Positions 56,994 through 64,000 of a stretch of DNA of 64,000 bases are shown in pieces; position 1 is the first letter of the stretch, and each line of letters opens with the position of its first letter. Source of the stretch: Methylotenera sp. (GTDB taxonomy: Bacteria; Pseudomonadota; Gammaproteobacteria; Burkholderiales; Methylophilaceae). The stretch is taken from the NCBI GenBank assembly GCA_031373695.1, contig JANMNC010000199.1, positions 162-64,161 on the forward strand, written 5' to 3'. The notes under the pieces are model-generated. The model was given only the letters and a program-made list of their open reading frames with translations, ran no database searches and was not told the origin of the DNA. Position numbers and translations under genes: made by a program.

Positions 56994-57030
56994 TAGTCAT
57001 AACGGACTAGATTAGCCCAAATGGGCTAAT
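56994..57030. promoter_or_regulatory. Tandem pair of palindromic operator copies (candidate EpsA boxes)
   Basis: TAGTCAT-AA-CGGACTA (56994-57009) and ATTAGCCCA-AA-TGGGCTAAT (57011-57030). Confidence 0.72.
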
Positions 57031-57121
57031 TGGTTAGTGCTGTATAAATAGGATTAATTACCCAGAAAATTTGTGAAGGTTTGCTATTGAAGCTAATTTA
57101 TCTAACTAGCAAGCTTAAAGT

Positions 57122-58516
57122 TTAATAAGCTTTAGAGTCTTTGAATACAAGAGTAATGGTTTTAAGAATAATATTAATATCAAGAGAAAGTGACCATTTT
57201 TTTAAATAGTCCAAATCGTAATCAATACGGGCTTTCATGCTTTCTACCGTTTTGGTCTCACCTCTGAAACCATTAACTTGTGCCCATCCGGTAATACCTG
57301 GCTTTACCTTATGGCGAATCATGTAGCCTTTAATAAGCTTGCGGTACATTTCATTATGCGTAACTGCATGTGGCCTTGGCCCCACTACGCTCATTCTACC
57401 TTGCAGCACATTAATAAATTGAGGCAGCTCATCCAATGAAGTTTTACGTATAAATTGGCCAAATCGCGTGACTCTTTTATCGTTAAGTGTTGCTTGAGTA
57501 ACGGTGGCACCGTTTTCGGCAACTGTCATTGATCTAAATTTATATACAATAATTTCTTGACCATCTAAACCATAACGGCGCTGATTAAATAGAATTGGGC
57601 CTGACGAGCTTAGCTTTACACCAAGCGCCACCACAATTAGAAGTGGAGAAATTAAACATAAAAGCACGCTGGCTATCACAATATCGCTGGCCCTTTTTAC
57701 AAAACCATTAAAGCCTGTAAATGGTGTTTCACATACGGCAACTACAGGCATGCCATCAATTTCGTCAATTCTTCCTTGTATCAAATCGGCCATAAAAAAA
57801 TCGGGCACAAAGTAAATAGAAGCAGTGGTATCTTTCAAATCGTCTAGTAAAGACATAATTTGGGCATGCATAGAAGGCGGCAGTGTGATGTATATAATAT
57901 CAATTGCTTTTAATCTTACGAAATCTGCTAATTGTTGAATATTGCCTGTTAACACGATGTTGCTTGACGATGAAAGTTCTGATTTTTGAATACTCAAATC
58001 ATCAAAAAACCCTTTTAACTCGATAGCTAACTCAGTATCCGTTTCGATTCTATTTTTAAGTTGTTGACCCAACTCGTTCAATCCAACAATTACAGCAGTT
58101 TTTTTAACCTGCGCGATATAGTGCTGACTAGATAAATATTGGCTTATAGACCAATGTGCAGCAACAAGTGTGACAGGTGTAATGAGCACCCAAGCCAATA
58201 TTACTTGCTGTGAGAATATGTGTAGGTATGAGGTGGCGTAACCAAAAAAAAGCAATATAGCCACAATTAAAAACCACTGGCTAAATGTTGCCAAGGTGTC
58301 TTTGCTGATGCTTTTTGTGTTAACCCAAGAACCAGGAAAGCTGAGCGTGAATACTAAAATTGACAGCAAAATATAATGCGAACTTAGTTTTCTTTCGGCA
58401 CACATCACCAAGCAAAAAAGTATGGCTATCATTAATACTGGATCTACAAGTATTTTAATGAGCTTATTGAAGTTTAATGCTTTATTAAAACTGAATTGCT
58501 GCTGAAATCTCACCAT
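57122..58516 (-). CDS. wcaJ: Undecaprenyl-phosphate glucose phosphotransferase (priming glycosyltransferase, WcaJ/EpsB-like)
   Basis: KRASDI, YKFRSM, RKTSLDELPQFINVLQGRMSVVGPRP and KPGITGWAQVNG motifs. Confidence 0.93.
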   Translation of the reverse strand: MVRFQQQFSFNKALNFNKLIKILVDPVLMIAILFCLVMCAERKLSSHYILLSILVFTLSFPGSWVNTKSISKDTLATFSQWFLIVAILLFFGYATSYLHIFSQQVILAWVLITPVTLVAAHWSISQYLSSQHYIAQVKKTAVIVGLNELGQQLKNRIETDTELAIELKGFFDDLSIQKSELSSSSNIVLTGNIQQLADFVRLKAIDIIYITLPPSMHAQIMSLLDDLKDTTASIYFVPDFFMADLIQGRIDEIDGMPVVAVCETPFTGFNGFVKRASDIVIASVLLCLISPLLIVVALGVKLSSSGPILFNQRRYGLDGQEIIVYKFRSMTVAENGATVTQATLNDKRVTRFGQFIRKTSLDELPQFINVLQGRMSVVGPRPHAVTHNEMYRKLIKGYMIRHKVKPGITGWAQVNGFRGETKTVESMKARIDYDLDYLKKWSLSLDINIILKTITLVFKDSKAY

Positions 58517-58617
58517 GAAAATTGAACAATCTGGCAGTATGGTATTTGATATTAGATAATTAATATGACATAGAGATGTATCTATGTGATTTGATGCGAA
58601 ACTATTTACTAAAAATA

Positions 58618-59976
58618 TTATTGAAAAATACTGTAGTACTCTTTGTAAGTTTTTTCAGCAATGCGCTTCCAGTTATAGTGGCTGCTTATCCACGCTCTTA
58701 AATACATGCGTGTTTCTAATGTAGCGGGTTGGCTAATATTTTCTGATAATAACTGTGAAAGTTTATCTACATTACCAAGCTCAAAATAACAGCTTGAATT
58801 AAGCCCTAGCTCAAGATTAGCAGGTATATCACTAGCAATTACTGGCAGGCCATAGCTTAGTGCTTCTAACAACGAAATTGACAAGCCTTCGTGTGATGAA
58901 GGCAATACAAACAATGCTGCGTGTGTATACAAGCTGCGCAAAGTGTCACCTGTCTGAAAACCCGTTAGTACAATATTAGGGTTATCTGCCGCAGATTTCA
59001 TTAATGCTTGCAAGTAATCGTCGGGGTGATCTGATGAACCCACTAAGACTAATTTAACATCTGACAAACTAGCCTGATTAAATGCTTTAATTAAATCTAG
59101 ATGGCGCTTTTCTGGAACCAAACGGCTTACCAACAAAATATACTTATTTTTTATTAGGCCAAACTGCTCAAGGTGCGATTCAGAAACATTAAGGTTAGGC
59201 AGCACTACACCGTTATGAATAAGCTCGGCATGCATTGTATGTTTGCGTACCACCATGTCACGTATCACGTTTGAAATAACAATTCGGCTATTTGAAAAGC
59301 GCATACCAACCCACTCGCCAAGCAGCAGCATATTACGCGCTAAGCCACCCCATTTTTGCCTGTTGTAATCTGGCCCATGATGCGTTACAACCACTTTCAA
59401 ACCTAGCAATCTAGCCAATGGTGTCATTAAAGCTGGGCCAATAGCGTGTATATGTAGAATGTCTGGGCGTTTAATTGCAGCATAAAGTACGCCTAAAAAT
59501 GTATGTACTAACGTCTCTAAACCTTTAGATTTTGGTGCCCATAGCTTGGTAAATTTTACGCCATTCCATTGCTTGCCTGTGCTTGCTTTTTGGTAGTTAG
59601 AGCGTACTAGCACTTCTAAATCGCAACCTAACCCTACTAACAATGGCGACAAATGTTCAGCGTGTGTTTCTACACCGCCTTGCACATTTGGAAACCCACG
59701 TAGGCCTAGCATCATGACGCGAATTGGTCTTTTTATTGCAACCTTATCATTTGCCCAAGCAGTATCGTAATTTAGGGGGTTACTAAAGCTGGTATTTGTT
59801 ATAAATGCTTTAGTGGGTTGCAAATCTAGCGCGCTTATATTTAGTTCATTGGCATTTACTGTATTAAGGTAATCAGAATATTGATTGTTTGGCGCAAAGC
59901 TTGAATATTTTACAAAGCTTAAATACTCAGCAAAGAAGGTCTCTGCGGTTTTAAACAATTTTGCAAAAATATTCAC
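58618..59976 (-). CDS. Glycosyltransferase family 4 with N-terminal extension
   Basis: GLRGFPNVQGGVETH, SRLVPEK and HEGLSISLLEALSYG motifs; GTG at 59976 has RBS AAGGAG 8 nt upstream. Confidence 0.9.
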   Translation of the reverse strand: MNIFAKLFKTAETFFAEYLSFVKYSSFAPNNQYSDYLNTVNANELNISALDLQPTKAFITNTSFSNPLNYDTAWANDKVAIKRPIRVMMLGLRGFPNVQGGVETHAEHLSPLLVGLGCDLEVLVRSNYQKASTGKQWNGVKFTKLWAPKSKGLETLVHTFLGVLYAAIKRPDILHIHAIGPALMTPLARLLGLKVVVTHHGPDYNRQKWGGLARNMLLLGEWVGMRFSNSRIVISNVIRDMVVRKHTMHAELIHNGVVLPNLNVSESHLEQFGLIKNKYILLVSRLVPEKRHLDLIKAFNQASLSDVKLVLVGSSDHPDDYLQALMKSAADNPNIVLTGFQTGDTLRSLYTHAALFVLPSSHEGLSISLLEALSYGLPVIASDIPANLELGLNSSCYFELGNVDKLSQLLSENISQPATLETRMYLRAWISSHYNWKRIAEKTYKEYYSIFQ

Positions 59977-60068
59977 GTAATTCACTCCTTTTTTACCATT
60001 TAACAACGTTGGTATACACAGCGTTAGAATGACTGTGCGAGGTTGCATCTGTGTGAATAAAAGTTGAG

Positions 60069-60096
60069 TTTATATAGTCCGAACGGACTATATAAA
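60069..60096. promoter_or_regulatory. Palindromic operator copy (candidate EpsA box, perfect)
   Basis: TTTATATAGTCCG-AA-CGGACTATATAAA, perfect 13-bp arms. Confidence 0.8.
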
Positions 60097-60163
60097 TATA
60101 AGCCGACCAATTATTAATTAGCCATCAATTAGCGACTTGTTTTTAGTTGCTAGTAGTCACGCT

Positions 60164-60214
60164 TTGTAACACCCTCTTAACCTAATTGACACATTAATAA
60201 AATCAAACTGCAAT
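60164..60214 (+). promoter_or_regulatory. Pho-box-like array upstream of the small ORF
   Basis: TTGTAAC-accc-TCTTAAC-ctaa-TTGACAC-atta-ATAAAAT-caaa-CTGCAAT, 11-bp period. Confidence 0.45.
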
Positions 60215-60257
60215 ATTTATGCGGCAAACTAATCATTATTGCTAAAGGATATTAAAG

Positions 60258-60443
60258 ATGAAATTGCTGACTAGATTACGCGAGTTAAGAAATGAAATAG
60301 GTAATGATTCAACACGAAATCAATCTACGATAAATGACCAACACCTAGAAACAATTGGGGTGGGTGCTACCACTATAGATGATATTTTAAGATTAAATAT
60401 TGCTTATACGCATTTCGAAAATCGTCAATACCATCCAAAATAA
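60258..60443 (+). CDS. Small hypothetical protein (61 aa)
   Basis: ATG with AAGGA upstream; occupies otherwise empty intergenic space; followed by a hairpin. Confidence 0.5.
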   Translation: MKLLTRLRELRNEIGNDSTRNQSTINDQHLETIGVGATTIDDILRLNIAYTHFENRQYHPK

Positions 60444-60515
60444 AACTGGCCAGAATAAACCGGCCAAAATAATGCACTTAATGATGTTGCTTAGTTAACA
60501 GTTACAACGTAAACA

Positions 60516-60545
60516 GTTACAACGATTAATATTAATGGTTGTAAC
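60516..60545. terminator. Hairpin between convergent genes
   Basis: GTTACAAC-g-ATTAAT-ATTAAT-g-GTTGTAAC near-perfect palindrome. Confidence 0.45.
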
Positions 60546-60557
60546 CGATTTTAATTA

Positions 60558-61304
60558 TTAATGCTGATGTGCTGATTTACTAATGCCTGGTGCATCATGC
60601 GCTTTAGATAACCATACTTTGGCCGCTGGTGAATGTTCCATATCACCAATATCAGCATAATCTGTACGCTGATAACTTTGCAATGTTTGCTCACTAGTTG
60701 CCAGTGCAGACACAACATTTGAATCTTGCTTTAGCAATTGAATGCTTACTTGGTGCTTAGGGTAAACGTAAGTCAATTGCAATGGTATTTGCAATGCTTC
60801 TATCCAAGTAATATGCGTTTTAATGCCATTAATTTTGCCTTGGTATGCCGTTAAGTTTAAGCCCTGATACTGCTTTTTAAGGCTAGTTTTTTTCATTCCT
60901 GCCAAGTCTTTTTGCGTAACCAAGCTAGTAAGCGCTTGCCATTTAGCGGTATCGGTTTGCATGGCTGTTAAATCTGAATTCAGTAATTTTAAATCTATTG
61001 GCGAATATTCAATGACTCGTTTTTCATCGTGCATTAAAAATTGGTAGTACAACTGATTATTACTTTCTATTGTCCACAGCTCGCTACTGGTAGATTCAGC
61101 TTTTCTTAGCTCTACTTGGCTAGGGCTGCGCCACATCCACCAAATAGTTTTAGTCGCTTTAGCAGTTTTGTTGCAAGGCAACTTACATTCTGTTGTTTCA
61201 AATTGTGCATTCAGTGTTGTTAATGGCAACTGTTCTGCATAAGCAGTTAGGCTATTTAAGCCCGCTAATACAATCGAAATCAATAATTTGCGAGACAAAC
61301 GCAT
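60558..61304 (-). CDS. Exported hypothetical protein
   Basis: Signal peptide (AYA-E), beta-rich body, DYADIGDME motif and C-terminal HQH. Confidence 0.7.
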   Translation of the reverse strand: MRLSRKLLISIVLAGLNSLTAYAEQLPLTTLNAQFETTECKLPCNKTAKATKTIWWMWRSPSQVELRKAESTSSELWTIESNNQLYYQFLMHDEKRVIEYSPIDLKLLNSDLTAMQTDTAKWQALTSLVTQKDLAGMKKTSLKKQYQGLNLTAYQGKINGIKTHITWIEALQIPLQLTYVYPKHQVSIQLLKQDSNVVSALATSEQTLQSYQRTDYADIGDMEHSPAAKVWLSKAHDAPGISKSAHQH

Positions 61305-61324
61305 AAGGCTTCCTAAACGATATT

Positions 61325-61361
61325 AAAAAAGGGCGATACCAGCATTCGCTATATCGCCCTT
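61325..61361 (-). terminator. Intrinsic terminator after the alkaline phosphatase gene
   Basis: AAGGGCGATA...TATCGCCCTT stem with a U-run on the minus strand. Confidence 0.75.
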
Positions 61362-61426
61362 ATACTTTAGCAAACTAAAACGACAGTTTTATTACTGACT
61401 TTTATTGCTTTGATTTATTTAAAGCA

Positions 61427-62953
61427 TTAAAAGCCAAACGCCTCTTTCATTACATGAAAAATGTAACTTTGTTCTTGCACACCATGAAATAAGTAAGCTT
61501 TTGGGCCACCTGCAAAAATTTGTACATCTTCTGCTGCATGTGTCTCTGAACCTGCTGGCACTAACGCTTCTTGGTGAAAGTCAGGGTTAGTTGTGTCGAC
61601 TGTTGTCATATCGGCCACGCGGCCTGCAGCTGTAGGCAAGCTGTAAACGCCTTCACCAGGTGAACCAACATGGTAACCTTTACCATTAGCGTATGAAATG
61701 GTCGTGTATGGCTTACCATCTTCGGCCAATGTAAATGCAGTTTCACCAGCACCTATTACTTTACCTAACACTGGGTTACCACGTGCAGGGTAGCCAGCCA
61801 TTGTCATGGTGTGGCTATGATCTGCCGTTACAATAACTAACGTATCATTTAAATTAACTTTTTCTAATGCTTTTTTAACAGCATCACTTAGTGCAACCGT
61901 ATCAGACAATGCACGATAAGCATTACCTGCGTGGTGACCATGGTCAATACGACCCGCTTCAACCATTAAAAAATAACCTTTTGGGTTCTTTTTCAATACA
62001 TCAATAGCTTTGTCAGTCATTTCAGCTAGGCTTGGTTCTTTGCCAGCATCAGCAGGGCGATCATGCTCAAACTCCATGTGTGAACGCTCAAATAAACCAA
62101 TTAAACGTTTAGTGCCTGCTGCATTAAATGCATCAAACTGCGCCTTGTTCCATACAAAATCAGCATCAAATTTAGTTTGAAACTCTGTAATTAAGTTACG
62201 GCCGTCTGTACGCTCACCACGTCTTGTCGTATCTTCTGGGTCAAACACTGTAGTAGGTAAAAACTTAGTACGGCCACCGCCTAAAAATACTTCCATACCA
62301 TCACCAATCGCGCCTGCACCAAAGTTATCAATAGCTTGTGCAGCAATATCGTTTACGCCTGCGGCTGGTGCTGTCGCTGTTTTGGTTTCCCAATCGCGGG
62401 TTGAGGTGTGCGCATAAGTAGCTGCTGGTGTTGCGTGAGTAATACGGGCTGTAGAAACAACCCCTGTAGATAAACCTTTTGTTTCGGCCATTTCTAAAAT
62501 TGTGGTTAATTTATTAGCCTGAATTAGTGCATTATCGCCATCACCATTATTGACGCTTTGGTCAACAGATAACACACCATCGTTAGTTTTAACGCCGGTT
62601 ACCATTGCTGTCATAGTTGGTGCAGAGTCAGCTGTTTGTTGATTAGCAGAGTATGTTTTTGACATAGCAACATAAGGTAATTTTTCGAAAGATAGTAAAT
62701 TACGCTCGCCGTCTACACCCTTCATTTGGCCTTCAAAAATACGTGCTGCCGTTACGGTAGAAACACCCATACCATCGCCCACAAACAAAATAATATTTTT
62801 TGCACGTTTAGCATTTGGAAAAAGTTGTTTAGCTTTTGCTAAAGCTGCTTGACCATCCAATGTCCAATCAGCAGCATCTTCAGCGTAAGCAACCTGTGCG
62901 CCTAATGCAAGCATAACTGCTAAAGCACTGGCTTTTAATGATAATAGTTTCAT
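61427..62953 (-). CDS. phoA: Alkaline phosphatase (PhoA family)
   Basis: NIILFVGDGMG, ADSAPT (Ser nucleophile), THATPAA, EAGRIDHGHH, TADHSH and ETHAAEDV motifs; signal peptide. Confidence 0.95.
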   Translation of the reverse strand: MKLLSLKASALAVMLALGAQVAYAEDAADWTLDGQAALAKAKQLFPNAKRAKNIILFVGDGMGVSTVTAARIFEGQMKGVDGERNLLSFEKLPYVAMSKTYSANQQTADSAPTMTAMVTGVKTNDGVLSVDQSVNNGDGDNALIQANKLTTILEMAETKGLSTGVVSTARITHATPAATYAHTSTRDWETKTATAPAAGVNDIAAQAIDNFGAGAIGDGMEVFLGGGRTKFLPTTVFDPEDTTRRGERTDGRNLITEFQTKFDADFVWNKAQFDAFNAAGTKRLIGLFERSHMEFEHDRPADAGKEPSLAEMTDKAIDVLKKNPKGYFLMVEAGRIDHGHHAGNAYRALSDTVALSDAVKKALEKVNLNDTLVIVTADHSHTMTMAGYPARGNPVLGKVIGAGETAFTLAEDGKPYTTISYANGKGYHVGSPGEGVYSLPTAAGRVADMTTVDTTNPDFHQEALVPAGSETHAAEDVQIFAGGPKAYLFHGVQEQSYIFHVMKEAFGF

Positions 62954-63020
62954 TATAAAATCCTTTAATAAATAGTAATTCTAGTAAATAGTAATTAAGC
63001 TGTAATCATACGAATGTTAA

Positions 63021-63803
63021 TTAAACAGCTGTGCGACGACGCGCAACAAAACCCATCAAACCCAAACCCGCTAATAGCATGGCGTAAGTGTCTGGCTCTG
63101 GCACTGGTGTTACTTGTAAACTCACATTATCTAAACCCAATTGCAATTGACCCTCGTTAGCAACGCTAGCAAATCGCAAAGTGTAAGTACCGCCAGTAGC
63201 CAATAAAGCTGAAACATCAAATGAATAATTCACATAAGGATTAGCAACATCGCCGCCAATAACACTTGAGCCATTTGAACCACCCACGTAAAAAGTCTGC
63301 GCAATGTCTGATGTGCCCGTTGCAAATGTGCCAGCACCTGCATTTAAAATCTCAACACGTACATGCTGATTAGCATCAAAACTGCCACCTGTCTCAAAAT
63401 CAAGCAAAGCTGAACCCGTGCCGCCATCGCGTATTTGCGTACCGTTTGTGCTTTGATTATTAACAAACATACTAAAAGAAAGTGTGGCTGAACTTACAGC
63501 ACCCGTTGTGAAGGTTTGGTATAAAGCTTGATTACTTAAGGTGTATGCATCTAATAATGCATAATTAATACCTGCGGCTGCGCCTACATTATTGCGGTCG
63601 CTTACATTCGTCAGACCATCGTTTTCTAGCAGCACAGAGCCTAGTGCACCAGCTTCTGCATTACTCCAACCTTGTATATCATACTCATCAACACCTACGG
63701 CCTCAAAACCACCGTTTACAATCAATTCATCTGCGCTGGCCGATATAGCAAACAATGAAACGCTTGCCAACAACAATCCAACACTGGTTTTTTTAAAATT
63801 CAT
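63021..63803 (-). CDS. PEP-CTERM sorting domain protein
   Basis: RBS AGGAGA, signal peptide, LIVNGGFE...LDNVSL beta-sandwich and VPEPDTYAMLLAGLGLMGFVARRR. Confidence 0.93.
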   Translation of the reverse strand: MNFKKTSVGLLLASVSLFAISASADELIVNGGFEAVGVDEYDIQGWSNAEAGALGSVLLENDGLTNVSDRNNVGAAAGINYALLDAYTLSNQALYQTFTTGAVSSATLSFSMFVNNQSTNGTQIRDGGTGSALLDFETGGSFDANQHVRVEILNAGAGTFATGTSDIAQTFYVGGSNGSSVIGGDVANPYVNYSFDVSALLATGGTYTLRFASVANEGQLQLGLDNVSLQVTPVPEPDTYAMLLAGLGLMGFVARRRTAV

Positions 63804-63905
63804 CAATATCTCCTAATAAAAATTAGCCTATTTGCCTTTAATTACACATGGCTTTTAGATAACTGAGAGGTTAGAGATTAATCATGTAAAAGGTATGTCA
63901 ATGCA

Positions 63906-63921
63906 TGAGCCGAACGGCCTA
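63906..63921. promoter_or_regulatory. Palindromic operator copy (candidate EpsA box, degenerate)
   Basis: TGAGCCG-AA-CGGCCTA, just upstream of a TTGACA hexamer on the minus strand (63901-63896). Confidence 0.55.
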
Positions 63922-64000
63922 TATAGGGATTGATTGACTATGCCCAACTTAAGTGAGAAGTTAACAGGAAAGCGCATCGCGTGACAGTTACACTTTAGCT

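Noticed and set aside
58568-58587. Inverted repeat ACATAGA-N6-TCTATGT upstream of wcaJ as another operator copy
   Set aside because: It lacks the CCG/CGG core and has different spacing; 7-bp arms are plausible by chance.
43574-60096. Palindrome copies interpreted as CRISPR repeats, REP elements, transposon ends or terminators
   Set aside because: The copies are kilobases apart, with no spacer array, cas or transposase genes and no U-tails, and they sit consistently upstream of starts.
1808-63816. Numerous 60-230 aa ORFs in the supplied track that overlap the long genes (e.g. 47068-47754, 31155-31682, 34311-34838, 37809-38336)
   Set aside because: They are antisense or off-frame shadows of well-supported genes, with no recognisable motifs.

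Overview
AT-rich (~40% GC by eye) betaproteobacterial DNA, Methylophilaceae/Methylotenera-like judging by the methanolan-type eps gene set. Almost all genes are on the minus strand and form one ~64 kb cell-surface supercluster. It contains (i) a Wzx/Wzy exopolysaccharide locus with epsD-E-F-G-xrtB(epsH)-epsI, epsL, glycosyltransferases, a pyruvyltransferase, a priming transferase and a clan GH-A hydrolase; (ii) an exosortase B/PEP-CTERM sorting system with four PEP-CTERM substrates, a CAAX-like protease and the LuxR-type regulator EpsA; (iii) a TpsB/giant TpsA pair followed by DUF2341-ExbB, two ExbD, a TonB-like protein, a putative porin and a coiled-coil protein, with no TonB-dependent receptor; (iv) a PstS/DING-like Cys-rich secreted protein; (v) a compact type II secretion operon with a lytic transglycosylase; and (vi) an alkaline phosphatase. 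Two non-coding signals link these parts. A 16-bp palindrome TAGTCCG-NN-CGGACTA lies upstream of all four PEP-CTERM genes and of the GT4-priming transferase genes (candidate EpsA operator). Pho-box-like arrays with an 11-bp period lie upstream of epsA, the T2SS operon, the ExbB module and a small ORF. EpsG carries an MshEN-like c-di-GMP motif fused to a kinase domain that lacks the Walker A lysine. No RNA genes, CRISPR arrays or mobile elements were seen. All family assignments come from motif recognition, not database searches.
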